DNA from: a virus
Lineage: Duplodnaviria > Caudoviricetes
IMG/VR virus record: IMGVR_UViG_3300044676_005519
Span: 1 to 49,148 of that record
DNA length: 49,148 nt
Strand: one strand, 5' to 3'
In this document: piece after piece, positions 1 to 9,528 of the stretch
Position numbering within the stretch: the stretch's first letter is position 1
Layout of the letters: each line of letters starts with the position of its first letter
Made by a program: the position numbers and the translations under genes
Notes under the pieces: generated by a model
Databases searched by the model: none
Told to the model about the DNA's origin: nothing
The model's input: only the letters and a program-made list of their open reading frames with translations

Positions 1-2
1 AT

Positions 3-314
3 GGCAGCAGTGATGTTGAGCTTACTGACACTAGTGAGTCCTTTGGTCTCCCTGCTACTGCTGATCTTATGTTTGCCCTTATTTCAACTGAAGATCTTGA
101 AGGACTCGGGCAAATTATGGTGAAGCAGTTGAAGAATAGATATAACGACCCAACCATTCATAAACGTTTTGTCGTTGGTATTGACCGTGCCAAGATGCGT
201 CTTTATGATTGTGAACAGTCTGCACAAGATGATATTCTTGACAGTGGTAAAGAAGAAGAGTATACTTATGATGAAGCAAAACCAAAGAAATCATTTGAGG
301 GATTCAAGTTTTGA
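3..314 (+). CDS. gp41: T4 gp41-like replicative DNA helicase, C-terminal part (truncated by window start)
   Basis: Frame is open from base 3: ...DTSESFGLPATADLMFAL...QIMVKQLKNRYND...RFVVGIDRAKMRLYD, the gp41 C-terminal motifs. Confidence 0.93.
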   Translation, partial: GSSDVELTDTSESFGLPATADLMFALISTEDLEGLGQIMVKQLKNRYNDPTIHKRFVVGIDRAKMRLYDCEQSAQDDILDSGKEEEYTYDEAKPKKSFEGFKF

Positions 315-625
315 ACGGTCACTACTCTGTCTTTGATCCAACTGGTAATAAAATTGCTGACTGTGGCACTCTCAGAGATGCCGTAACTCTTGTGGGAATG
401 AGAGGAGAAGGACATTACTACCAGTTCAAACCATATCCAGGAGACATCATTGATGTTTCTCCCAATAACCAACTTCCTCCCAATCAAAAATATATTGGGT
501 GGAAAGACGTAACAGAAAAAGAGTTTGATGTTGAGTTTATTGAAGTTGGTGGACAAAAACTACCAACTCAACAAAAACTCCCTCAAAATTGTCAAGAACC
601 ATTTATTCCAAATTTACATGACTAA
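311..625 (+). CDS. hypothetical protein
   Basis: 104-aa ORF, TTG start overlapping the gp41 stop; fills the gap to mazG. Confidence 0.6.
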   Translation: MNGHYSVFDPTGNKIADCGTLRDAVTLVGMRGEGHYYQFKPYPGDIIDVSPNNQLPPNQKYIGWKDVTEKEFDVEFIEVGGQKLPTQQKLPQNCQEPFIPNLHD

Positions 626-1025
626 CGTTGATACCGAAAAGTACCTTGAATTTGTAAAAGGAGTCACTAGTGCTCCTAGTCTTGATTATGCAGTTATGGC
701 AACTCGACTTGCAGAACTTGAAGCTAATGGAGCTAACACCACTCAACTCCTGACTGCTGCACTTGGTTTGACTGCAGAGTCTGGTGAGTTTACTGAAGTT
801 GTAAAAAAGATGGTCTTCCAGGGTAAGCCTTATAGTGAAGAAAATGTCTTTCACATGAAACGTGAACTGGGTGATATCTGTTGGTATCTTGCTCAGGCAT
901 GTATGGCACTTGACACAACCTTTGATGAGGTGTTGGAAATGAACGTTGATAAACTCAAAGCACGTTATCCTGGTGGTGAGTTTGATGTTCACTATTCTGA
1001 AAATCGTAAAGATGGTGATTTATAA
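618..1025 (+). CDS. mazG: MazG-family nucleoside triphosphate pyrophosphohydrolase
   Basis: GLTAESGEFTEVVKK...KRELGDICWYLA...MNVDKLKARYP motifs; start moved to ATG 618. Confidence 0.92.
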   Translation: MTNVDTEKYLEFVKGVTSAPSLDYAVMATRLAELEANGANTTQLLTAALGLTAESGEFTEVVKKMVFQGKPYSEENVFHMKRELGDICWYLAQACMALDTTFDEVLEMNVDKLKARYPGGEFDVHYSENRKDGDL

Positions 1026-1028
1026 ATA
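1021..1028 (+). promoter_or_regulatory. T4-type late promoter TATAAATA
   Basis: Exact consensus about 28 nt upstream of ATG 1056. Confidence 0.8.
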
Positions 1029-1055
1029 CCCATATAAGAGTGTAAAATTTCAGAG

Positions 1056-1778
1056 ATGAATTCCAAACAACTTAGAGACTTGATGGAAGCATACCAACAA
1101 GTTCACTCTCAAGATATTGAGGAACTTTACAAAGGTAAGCACGGTCAGTCTGAGAAAGAGTATGCTGACTCCAGATCCCAAGGTGGTAAGATGGTGTCGG
1201 GTGACTCCAAGATGAGTGGTGCTGAATACACTCATGGACGTAGAGTCAAGGCAGCAAACCCTGGTATGCAACCTGATGTAGGTGGCAAGACCAAACCCAA
1301 GTCTCAGGGTAAGATGGACAAAGGCACTCGTGCCGATCTTGAGTATCGTAAAGCAAACCTTAAGAAAGAAGAGACTTCGGTTGACGAAGCAGTCTACGGT
1401 GGAACTCCTGAGAAGAAAAAAGATACTCGTATGGTAGTCACTGCTGCTGATAAAAAAGGAAATACTCCTGCATATCAAAGATATAAAGCAGGTGACAAAC
1501 GTTACAAGGCTGCTGATCACATGAAGGAAGAAGAGCAGGTTGATGAGAAGTTCTCTATGGCTGCCGATCCTTCAAAACCAGAATCCCCACGTCCTACTCG
1601 TAAAGCAGAGAACAAAAAGGGAATGAGTCTGAGATCCAGAGCAGTTAAGGCTGTTGGTACTCAAACCAGACAAGACAAAGAGACTGGTATTAGAGAAGAG
1701 AAGAGAGAAGAGTTGGAAGCAACTGGTATTTTCTCTGCAGAAGAGATTGAAAGAATCCTTGAAATTATGAACGACTGA
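1056..1778 (+). CDS. Lys-rich putative internal head protein
   Basis: Late promoter; basic modules separated by KEE..VDE linkers resembling prohead-protease sites. Confidence 0.65.
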   Translation: MNSKQLRDLMEAYQQVHSQDIEELYKGKHGQSEKEYADSRSQGGKMVSGDSKMSGAEYTHGRRVKAANPGMQPDVGGKTKPKSQGKMDKGTRADLEYRKANLKKEETSVDEAVYGGTPEKKKDTRMVVTAADKKGNTPAYQRYKAGDKRYKAADHMKEEEQVDEKFSMAADPSKPESPRPTRKAENKKGMSLRSRAVKAVGTQTRQDKETGIREEKREELEATGIFSAEEIERILEIMND

Positions 1779-1795
1779 TATTCATAATAAAACCC

Positions 1796-1830
1796 AACCC
1801 CTTGACTTTTGGGTCAGGGGGTTTTATAAT
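1796..1830 (+). promoter_or_regulatory. sigma70-type promoter TTGACT-17-TATAAT embedded in a terminator-like hairpin
   Basis: -35 at 1802-1807, -10 at 1825-1830; AACCCCTTGAC/GTCAGGGGGTT stem with one G-U pair. Confidence 0.8.
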
Positions 1831-1850
1831 GTTTTCGTTGGGATAACAAA

Positions 1851-2042
1851 ATGACAACATTAATCAATCACTTAACAGTTTTTTGGTCCGTTGTTGTATT
1901 GAATTGTATTCAACCAGCAAATTGGCAATATTGTTATCGTGTTGATCAATGGTTAATTCCAGATCTAGTTCAAGGATATGAGATTTGGTCTGGCAAAGTA
2001 GTTCCTTATCAAAATGAAAAAGATTATCTTGAGGGGTTATAG
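1851..2042 (+). CDS. hypothetical protein
   Basis: 63-aa ORF directly after the promoter; last 10 nt overlap tRNA-Ala. Confidence 0.65.
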   Translation: MTTLINHLTVFWSVVVLNCIQPANWQYCYRVDQWLIPDLVQGYEIWSGKVVPYQNEKDYLEGL

Positions 2043-2105
2043 CTCAATCGGTAGAGCGCCTGCTTTGCAAGCAGGAGGTTTGGGGTTCGATTCCCCATAA
2101 CTCCA
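2033..2105 (+). tRNA. tRNA-Ala(UGC)
   Basis: Acceptor GGGGTTA/TAACTCC with G3:U70; anticodon arm CCTGC-TT-TGC-AA-GCAGG; GTTCGA T loop; no encoded CCA. Confidence 0.96.
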
Positions 2106-2131
2106 TAAATAAAAAATATTCAGAGCAACTA

Positions 2132-3844
2132 ATGGCATCTACAAGTCTGAATGAGTCTTTAGCATGTGTTGCATTGGGGTATGTGACATATAAGAGTGAT
2201 CATAGTCTTGAAGATTTTCATAAAATGATTACTCAGACCAGTGGAAATTTGTGGAATCAAGTAATATCTAGATGTGAACTTTCTGATAGAACAATAAACA
2301 CTTATAGAAGTGCTTTTCCAGATAAGAATGGATCTATGGATCCGTGGATTTCCACATCATATAGAACTGCTGTACAAATAGTAAAGTCACTTAATTTAAG
2401 AAATCTTAGAGATTATAAATTTGCAAAAGTTGAAAAGGATAAAAGTAATAGAGCTTATCTTTTAAAACAAAGAGCAACATCTGCTATCAAAGGATACTCT
2501 AAAGAGGTGATGAAAGCACCTGGAATTCTTGCCACGTTAAATGCCGACAAAGTAAACATCGGTGATATAATGATTATCAAAAATAATTCTCAAATTTTTG
2601 ATACTATTGAAGAGTTAGTAGAAAATACAGATGTCACTGCTTCTAAACTCAAAAGATCAATACTTGAAAATGAAAAAGAGTTTCTTACCATGGAAAGATA
2701 TAGAAACTTGATGGTAGAAGCATGGAAACAAAATGAAATTTATTCTGTTTCTCTGAAACAACTTGATGAAAAATCCGATATTATTCCAGTAAAAATTTCT
2801 AATCTACCATCTTCTCTTTCTAGAACAGTAAAGGAAAGAGAACAAGATGAATTTGCAGCATATGTTTCATATTTGATTCGTATTGCAAAAAAAGGCACCA
2901 CATATAAAGAATTTGAAGATGCTGTTAATGAATTTGTAGATATTAAACCAGTGACGTTTACTGCTCAAGATAGATTGCTTGTTTATTTTGATCTCGTTTA
3001 CAAAAAGGAAGAGAGAAAAAAATATCATATCTTTACTAATTTTGGAACTGGTAATGCGATTCACTTTGTTCCAAAAGGATCTAAGTCTGCAAGTGGTGAG
3101 GGTGGTATCACTGTAAATTATTTTTATACATTGGTCAAAAATTTTCCAAAGTTAAAAGTATTTTTTAAAGAATTAGCAGATGCTAGAATATACCACTTTG
3201 AACAAGCATGTAAAAAAAATAATTTAAACTCCAAAGATATAAACAAAGATCTTGGATCAAATTCTATGTACTCTGGTAAGTACGATTCCTCTTTATATTT
3301 GGCAAAAAATTATGAAGACGTTGCTAATAAGATGTTTAGTGGGAAAAATGCTTATGGATATCTAAGTAAAAATGACGCAGAATTAACTTCAAATGCACAA
3401 GCATTTTCTGATTTTTTTGATAGTTATACTGCATACCTATCTAAAACACCAGGGTCTATGGGAAAGTTTCTTGGCATTGCAAAAAAATCTAAAGTTGCAA
3501 TGCAAGGTAAAATATCTAAAATTAAAAAAGATATAGAGAAGGAAATAAAGAAAAAAGGATTCTTATCAAAAGAAGAAAAAATAAAAGTTCTTGACAAATA
3601 CAAAACACCGTTTGCTACAGAGTATAAAAAATCATATGCTTTGTTATGTAATGCCGAATTTGGATTCTTTTTTGCAGAGCATCAGGCAGATGTAGAAGAG
3701 ATACTTAAAAAGCAAGTGCTACTATCTTTCTATGCTGCAGCAAGTGGAAGAGGATATATTATCTTTGATGGTAAGAGATTCTCTGAAGATGATATCTATG
3801 AAAAGAAAGTAGCACCTCCTCCATTCCTTAAGGTTGGAATGTAA
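2132..3844 (+). CDS. AT-rich 570-aa protein, possible PD-(D/E)XK-like nuclease
   Basis: CATAAATA late promoter at 2104; DKVNIGDIMI...SVSLKQ resembles the D...(D/E/S)xK nuclease core. Confidence 0.6.
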   Translation: MASTSLNESLACVALGYVTYKSDHSLEDFHKMITQTSGNLWNQVISRCELSDRTINTYRSAFPDKNGSMDPWISTSYRTAVQIVKSLNLRNLRDYKFAKVEKDKSNRAYLLKQRATSAIKGYSKEVMKAPGILATLNADKVNIGDIMIIKNNSQIFDTIEELVENTDVTASKLKRSILENEKEFLTMERYRNLMVEAWKQNEIYSVSLKQLDEKSDIIPVKISNLPSSLSRTVKEREQDEFAAYVSYLIRIAKKGTTYKEFEDAVNEFVDIKPVTFTAQDRLLVYFDLVYKKEERKKYHIFTNFGTGNAIHFVPKGSKSASGEGGITVNYFYTLVKNFPKLKVFFKELADARIYHFEQACKKNNLNSKDINKDLGSNSMYSGKYDSSLYLAKNYEDVANKMFSGKNAYGYLSKNDAELTSNAQAFSDFFDSYTAYLSKTPGSMGKFLGIAKKSKVAMQGKISKIKKDIEKEIKKKGFLSKEEKIKVLDKYKTPFATEYKKSYALLCNAEFGFFFAEHQADVEEILKKQVLLSFYAAASGRGYIIFDGKRFSEDDIYEKKVAPPPFLKVGM

Positions 3845-3878
3845 TTTAATAAATAATGTATAAGGATTATCAATATAA

Positions 3879-5111
3879 ATGAAAAGTTTTTTTCAGTTCT
3901 TGAATGAGGCTCAGTCGCAAGCAAGTATGCAGGCGAAAAAACTGAACCTCGTAAGTGATGGTCACGGTGGTTGGTTAGACTCCCGTGGAAATTTTGTGGC
4001 AACTACTGAAGATGGTAAGTTAAAATTTGTTGATAAGAAGAAAAAGAAAGTAGAAGATGAAAAACCTGCACAACCAAGAGCACAAGCAAGACCTGAAACA
4101 GAACCTCAGAAGGCTGCGCCTAAGACTGCAGAAAAGAAGGAACCAAAAGAAATTGAAGGAGATCAAAATCTTGATGGTCCCGCAGATACTCTGACTGTAG
4201 CATTTGGTCGTTTCAATCCTCCTACTGTAGGACATGGTAAGTTACTTGCTGCCGCACAGAAAGCAGCAACAGGTGGAGATTTAAAAATATATCCTTCACG
4301 GTCACAAGATCCGAAGAAGAATCCATTGGATCCTGATATGAAGGTTTCGTTTATGAAAAAAATGTTCCCTGATTATGCAGATTATATTATTAATGATGAT
4401 GAGATGAGATCTATTTTTAATGTTCTCACCACTGCTGGAGAAGAGGGTTATACAAATGTCAATATTATTGTAGGTTCGGATCGTCAGGCAGAGTTTGAGA
4501 ATCTAGCAACAAAGTATAATGGTGATCTTTATAACTTCGATCAGATTCGTGTTATCTCTGCTGGTGTAAGAGATGCGGATGCTGAAGGTGTAGAGGGAAT
4601 GTCTGCATCTAAAATGAGAAAGGCAGTTGCCGATGATGACTTTGATGCTTTCCGTCGTGGCACTCCAAAAGAGTTGAATGATGGTGACACCCAAGCATTG
4701 TTTGATGCAGTTCGTCAGGGTATGAAATCAAAGGCAAAGAAGAAAGAAGTTACTGAGATGTGGGAGATTGCACCTAAGTGTGATCCAAGAGGGTTGAGGG
4801 ACAATTATATTTCAGGAAAGATTTTTAATCTTGGTGACATTATAGAGAACCTGAACACTGGACTAATCGGTGAAATTATTCGTAGAGGGACTAATCACTT
4901 AATCTGTGTCACCCAAGAGAACTACATGTTCAAGTCTTGGATTCGTGATGTCATGGAATACACTGAGGTCAAAATGGATAGTCGTATGAGACTTCCTAAA
5001 AAACCAAATACTTTAGTTGGAACGGGTGGATATTTAAAAAATGCAATGGCAGCAACTGGCACAACTGGTATTAAGAATTTCATAAATAAGTATAAGAAAA
5101 AGAAGCAGTAG
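3879..5111 (+). CDS. cytidyltransferase-like (HIGH-motif) nucleotidyltransferase, probably virion-associated
   Basis: FGRFNPPTVGHGKL, IVGSDR and GMSASKMR motifs; AATAAATA at 3848; N-terminus MKSFFQFLNEA. Confidence 0.85.
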   Translation: MKSFFQFLNEAQSQASMQAKKLNLVSDGHGGWLDSRGNFVATTEDGKLKFVDKKKKKVEDEKPAQPRAQARPETEPQKAAPKTAEKKEPKEIEGDQNLDGPADTLTVAFGRFNPPTVGHGKLLAAAQKAATGGDLKIYPSRSQDPKKNPLDPDMKVSFMKKMFPDYADYIINDDEMRSIFNVLTTAGEEGYTNVNIIVGSDRQAEFENLATKYNGDLYNFDQIRVISAGVRDADAEGVEGMSASKMRKAVADDDFDAFRRGTPKELNDGDTQALFDAVRQGMKSKAKKKEVTEMWEIAPKCDPRGLRDNYISGKIFNLGDIIENLNTGLIGEIIRRGTNHLICVTQENYMFKSWIRDVMEYTEVKMDSRMRLPKKPNTLVGTGGYLKNAMAATGTTGIKNFINKYKKKKQ

Positions 5112-5118
5112 TATTCTC

Positions 5119-7503
5119 ATGTCTAATGGTATCGGTCCTAACCCTTTGAATGACATTTCAAGGGTATATCTTGATCAGATTGTTGAAAAGAAAAAGGACG
5201 ATACGTATCTGGAACCAGATATGAAGAAACGTCAGGCTAACAATGAGAAGGCACGCAAAGAACTTGCTAAGGGTCCTCAAATGAAGAACCCTCACTTTGA
5301 AGAGAAGCAGCAAGGATGGGATGCTGTCAATTCTCTTGCTGATGCTTTTAAAGAAATGCATCAAGATACTGTTGATGAGGAAAAGAAAAAACTTCCTTAT
5401 GTAAAGATGTACCGCAAAGCAGGTAATCTTGGACGTGACGGAAGTCCTGAAGCAATGGAACGTTCCAAGAAAATCACTGGTGTGATGAATAAGAATGCTG
5501 AAAGAGTTGCTGCTCATCGTGAAAGAGATGATGCTGCTAAAGAAGCAAAGAGATTGAGAAAGGAAGCACTTGACCCTGTAGGTCAAGAAGACAAAGATAT
5601 TGATAATGACGGTGATCATGATAAGACCGACAAGTACCTTCACAAGCGTCGTAAGGCAATCGGCAAGGCAATCAAGAAGAGAATGAAGGAGGAAAAAGAA
5701 CTTACTGAAATTCATGGTCAAGCTCATAAACCTCATGAAGTTCCTGATAAAAATTTAAAGGGACTTGTAAAGAAAGCAGTTAAGAGAATTGATACTGATG
5801 TTGACGGTGATACAGATCATAATGATAAAGCAAAAGGAGAACTCGGTGAGTTCATTCCAGGTGTAGGTAACAAGAGACTTTATTCATCTACAGGAACAAA
5901 AACCGCAAAAGAATCATATTCTTGGAGACAAGATCTCTCTGAGATTATGACTGATGATATTGACTCAAAACCAATCAAAGAGAAAAAAGTAAATAATAAA
6001 GTCAAAATCAACCCAAAACTTGGTGAATCTGTAGAGAACCTGGGTGGTGAACTCATTGAGATGGTTGAGATTGTTGATATTCTTGCAGAGATTACTGATC
6101 AAGAATTGAAATTTGTTTCGGACAAAATGATTGATCAGGTTGTTGAAGAGTTCTTTGCTGAAGCACTTGAAGACGGTGATGATATCGATCTTCTCCAAGA
6201 CACTCTTTGTGAGTCAATTGATATGACTCTCAATCTTCTTAGTGAAGGTTATTATGATTCTGCAGTAGCAACTTCAAAGGCAAATGCTGCTAAGAACAGA
6301 GCATCTGTTTTAGATAGAGTAAAGTCCTCCGTTAAGAAAGGTGCTAAGGTTGCACGTAAGGCAGTAGTTAAAGGTGCTGAGTATGTTGGTAAAGCAGCAG
6401 GACATGCTAAGAATCTTGCAAAAGATGTAGGTAGTGCTGCTAAGAAAGGGTATCAATCAACTCAATCAGATTCTTCATCAGAGGGTGAAACCAGAAAACC
6501 ACAAACATATAGAAATCAAGGAGTAACCAAGAAGAGTTCTGGACTGCTCAGCAAAATTGGTTCAAAACTGAAGAGTGGTCTCAAGAGTGCAGTCGGCAAA
6601 GGTGCAAGAGCAGTATCTAGAGGTGCTAGAAATTTAGCACGTCGTATGGATGAGGATGCATCGATGAGTCCTCAAGAACTGTCTCTTCAAAAGAAGAAGG
6701 CAAATGTTGATAAAATGATTGCCAATAAGAGAAAGCAAGAGTTGGGAAAGCAAACCATTGAACAACCTGCAAAGGCAATGGGTGAAGAAACTGAAATTGA
6801 AGAAGGCATTGGAATGACAATGGTAAGGGCAATGGGAACTCCTCCTGCTATGAGTAGAAGATATAGTCTTCAACAAGCACTTCTGAATAGAGAGGTTGAT
6901 AAAACTGCAGCAAAAAATAAGAAAAGAAGATTTAGTGGAAAGGCTGTTAATCCAAAAGCATCAAAAGCAGAGAAAATGTCTTCTCCTGCTGCTAAAACAA
7001 CAGCAAAAGAAGAAGTTGAGCAGGTTGATGAAAAACTCAACATGAAGAAAGAAAAGATGGGTAGTGTCATCAAAGACTTTTATAAGTCTGATGCTCCTCA
7101 GTTCAAGGGTAAGTCAAAAGAAAAACGTCGTGAGATGGCAATTGCTGCCAAATTGACTGCCGAACGTGGTGGACGTAAACTGGGTGAAGAAACAATTGAT
7201 GAACGTACACGTTATGCTAAGGAGACTGGTAAGGATCCCCAGACTGGCAAACCCTCTGAGAAAGGTGGAACCCTTGGTGGTGATGACCGTCACTCTAAAG
7301 TGATGCGTCACATGCAGAAAAATTTGAGAAAGACTGGTGGACTGATGTCTTCTAGAAAGAAAGCAATCCAACCTCAAGGTAAGAAAAAAGAGAAAGGTGC
7401 TAAGCCCAAGTTCAAGACTGAACCTACTCCAGTCGATAAGATCAGGGCAAAACTTGCTCGCAAGAGAGCACCTAAACCTGACATTGGATCGAGATTTGAC
7501 TGA
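5119..7503 (+). CDS. 794-aa modular, highly charged putative internal head polyprotein
   Basis: CATAAATA at 5081; repeated EE..(V/I)(D/E)E linkers; DxDxDGD motifs. Confidence 0.7.
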   Translation: MSNGIGPNPLNDISRVYLDQIVEKKKDDTYLEPDMKKRQANNEKARKELAKGPQMKNPHFEEKQQGWDAVNSLADAFKEMHQDTVDEEKKKLPYVKMYRKAGNLGRDGSPEAMERSKKITGVMNKNAERVAAHRERDDAAKEAKRLRKEALDPVGQEDKDIDNDGDHDKTDKYLHKRRKAIGKAIKKRMKEEKELTEIHGQAHKPHEVPDKNLKGLVKKAVKRIDTDVDGDTDHNDKAKGELGEFIPGVGNKRLYSSTGTKTAKESYSWRQDLSEIMTDDIDSKPIKEKKVNNKVKINPKLGESVENLGGELIEMVEIVDILAEITDQELKFVSDKMIDQVVEEFFAEALEDGDDIDLLQDTLCESIDMTLNLLSEGYYDSAVATSKANAAKNRASVLDRVKSSVKKGAKVARKAVVKGAEYVGKAAGHAKNLAKDVGSAAKKGYQSTQSDSSSEGETRKPQTYRNQGVTKKSSGLLSKIGSKLKSGLKSAVGKGARAVSRGARNLARRMDEDASMSPQELSLQKKKANVDKMIANKRKQELGKQTIEQPAKAMGEETEIEEGIGMTMVRAMGTPPAMSRRYSLQQALLNREVDKTAAKNKKRRFSGKAVNPKASKAEKMSSPAAKTTAKEEVEQVDEKLNMKKEKMGSVIKDFYKSDAPQFKGKSKEKRREMAIAAKLTAERGGRKLGEETIDERTRYAKETGKDPQTGKPSEKGGTLGGDDRHSKVMRHMQKNLRKTGGLMSSRKKAIQPQGKKKEKGAKPKFKTEPTPVDKIRAKLARKRAPKPDIGSRFD

Positions 7504-7685
7504 TGGATTTTACCATTGATCCTAGGGTACATAGACAACAACAACGTGCCCAAAAGATAAGAACCCTTGCTCAAAAGGGTTCTACAGAGGGTGAAAGAAA
7601 AGCAGCAGAGAGAAAAACCAAAGGTCCTAAGATGTTTGGTGAGTATACTTTTGATGCATATGCTGCAAAAAATCGTTTATCTTGA
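7503..7685 (+). CDS. hypothetical basic protein
   Basis: TGATG coupling to the upstream gene. Confidence 0.55.
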   Translation: MDFTIDPRVHRQQQRAQKIRTLAQKGSTEGERKAAERKTKGPKMFGEYTFDAYAAKNRLS

Positions 7686-7716
7686 TATATAGAATATACC
7701 CACACCGAGGTTCATC

Positions 7717-7926
7717 ATGCTTTCATTTTTACTTCCATTAGCATCAAAAATTATTTCTGATGCAGTTTCCAAGATTCCCGAAAATGAGGAACTTGGTGAG
7801 AAACTTATCGATATTTGTTTAGTTATTCTTGGTAAAGCAGTCAAATTGACTAAAACTGATATGGATGATCAACTGTTAGAAGTAGTTGCAAAAGCAATTA
7901 AAACAAGAGAAGAAGTAGCAGAATGA
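7717..7926 (+). CDS. hypothetical protein
   Basis: GAGG RBS; 69 aa; followed by a terminator. Confidence 0.7.
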   Translation: MLSFLLPLASKIISDAVSKIPENEELGEKLIDICLVILGKAVKLTKTDMDDQLLEVVAKAIKTREEVAE

Positions 7927-7930
7927 TCTC

Positions 7931-7968
7931 AAGGAGACCGATTTACAAGGTCTCCTTTTTTATAAATA
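7931..7968 (+). terminator. intrinsic terminator abutting a late promoter
   Basis: AAGGAGACC/GGTCTCCTT stem plus T run, then TATAAATA at 7961-7968. Confidence 0.85.
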
Positions 7969-8001
7969 TCTTATAGCAAATAAATTTATCGAGAGTAAGA
8001 C

Positions 8002-8559
8002 ATGGCACTCTGGGGCAAGAATGATAACGTAATCGTTGCTGGTGATGGTACAGTAACTCTGGATTATGATACCAAAGAAGTAATTGGAACTGGCACGACT
8101 TTTGGTGACGCCACTGTTGGTTCTGCCAAAACTGGTGATATAATTAGATTTGGTTTTAGAGATGCCGCAGCAGGTGTCGGTACATATTTCGGTGATGCTG
8201 TAATTGTTGGCATTGCCAGCACTACTTCTTTGACTATTGGATCTACTGCTGGTCTCAGTGGTGTCGCTATTGCAGATACATCATTTACTATTGCAGAACT
8301 TCCTAAGTCGAGCATAGTTGATGCATCGTACAGTGAGAACACTGGTGTTGGTGGAACCACTGATAAGTTCATCTATGGTATTTCAACTGCAGGTGTAGGT
8401 GCAGCACAGTCAACTGCATTTGATGTTGCTCATGCTGGTTGGGTTGGTATTCAAACCTACATGGATCAGCACGGAACATTGAGAGTTAAGAGTGAAGTTC
8501 TTGTTGCTATGTCTGGTATTGAGACAGGTAACCGTCCTACCTTCCCTGGTCAAAAATAA
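8002..8559 (+). CDS. putative virion structural protein (Gly/Thr/Ala-rich)
   Basis: Late promoter; MALWG N-terminus and HAGWVG...RVKSEVLVAM C-terminus seen in T4-like structural proteins. Confidence 0.7.
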   Translation: MALWGKNDNVIVAGDGTVTLDYDTKEVIGTGTTFGDATVGSAKTGDIIRFGFRDAAAGVGTYFGDAVIVGIASTTSLTIGSTAGLSGVAIADTSFTIAELPKSSIVDASYSENTGVGGTTDKFIYGISTAGVGAAQSTAFDVAHAGWVGIQTYMDQHGTLRVKSEVLVAMSGIETGNRPTFPGQK

Positions 8560-8569
8560 TAAATGATTT

Positions 8570-8962
8570 ATGATTTTTAATGAGTTGAATGAGGATAATT
8601 TCTTATTATTCGCTATAAAGAACTATCAAAATCCTCAGGCGGTAACAAAAGAGGATTTTGATAGAGACTTGAACCACTTCAAGTATATTAAAAGATTACT
8701 GAAACGATATAAGAATACAGGTCAACTTAAGACTCATCTTCTTTTAAATCATTTTATTATTCTTTATAACATTTTTGGTGAAGCAACAACACCTATGTTG
8801 TTTTTTAAGATTGAGAATGATCTCTGGTCTGCTATGAAAAGTTTTATTATTTTTCTAGGAAAATTACCAGAGTATCCACACTCATCTATACATGATATTC
8901 AAGTAGATATGCAATGTTTGTCAGAACTTTATAGGATCTATAATGAAAAAGGAAGCAATTGA
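8570..8962 (+). CDS. conserved T4-like hypothetical protein
   Basis: FAIKNYQNP...DLNHFKYIKRLL...HLLLNH motif; usual position upstream of primase. Confidence 0.75.
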   Translation: MIFNELNEDNFLLFAIKNYQNPQAVTKEDFDRDLNHFKYIKRLLKRYKNTGQLKTHLLLNHFIILYNIFGEATTPMLFFKIENDLWSAMKSFIIFLGKLPEYPHSSIHDIQVDMQCLSELYRIYNEKGSN

Positions 8963-9143
8963 TAAAGTTTTAGACATTGTTCGTTCGCATTTGTACGAAC
9001 AACCAACAAATAATGTTGGATCAGGAAACATTGCCGGTACAGTAGAAGCAGGAGATGATCCTCCAGTCAGAAAAAGAAAGAAATATATTTACCAAAAAGG
9101 AGTAAGAAAACTCTGGAAACCCGAAAATGGCGGAGCAAGTTAA
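8943..9143 (+). CDS. hypothetical protein
   Basis: Overlaps both neighbours in operon fashion. Confidence 0.6.
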   Translation: MKKEAIDKVLDIVRSHLYEQPTNNVGSGNIAGTVEAGDDPPVRKRKKYIYQKGVRKLWKPENGGAS

Positions 9144-9528
9144 GGTAGCAGTCTTAGAAGAAAGACTTCAGAACTTTGAGACACTGGTCACAAGGTTAGA
9201 TTCTGCAATAGAGAAACTTGCAGAGGTAAATAATAATGTGTCTAGGATGCTTGCTGTCCATGAAGAAAGAATCAGCAAACAAGAAACAATCGACGAAATT
9301 TTGTTTGATAAAATCGACAAACTCCGTGATAAAATGGACATCGATCATGACATCGTTAGTAAACGACTATCAGTATTGGAACGAAAACTTTGGATTGGTC
9401 TCGGAGCATTGGGAGCAATTGTAGCACTTACTAATCCTCAAGCAATTAAACTCGTTTCTCCCTTGTTATCTTCTGCAGAAAGTGCTATAGTAGCACCAGC
9501 AGTGGCTTTTGTGAATGGATCACGTTGA
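9127..9528 (+). CDS. coiled-coil protein with C-terminal transmembrane helix
   Basis: Heptad-rich N-terminus; LWIGLGALGAIVAL hydrophobic segment. Confidence 0.7.
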   Translation: MAEQVKVAVLEERLQNFETLVTRLDSAIEKLAEVNNNVSRMLAVHEERISKQETIDEILFDKIDKLRDKMDIDHDIVSKRLSVLERKLWIGLGALGAIVALTNPQAIKLVSPLLSSAESAIVAPAVAFVNGSR

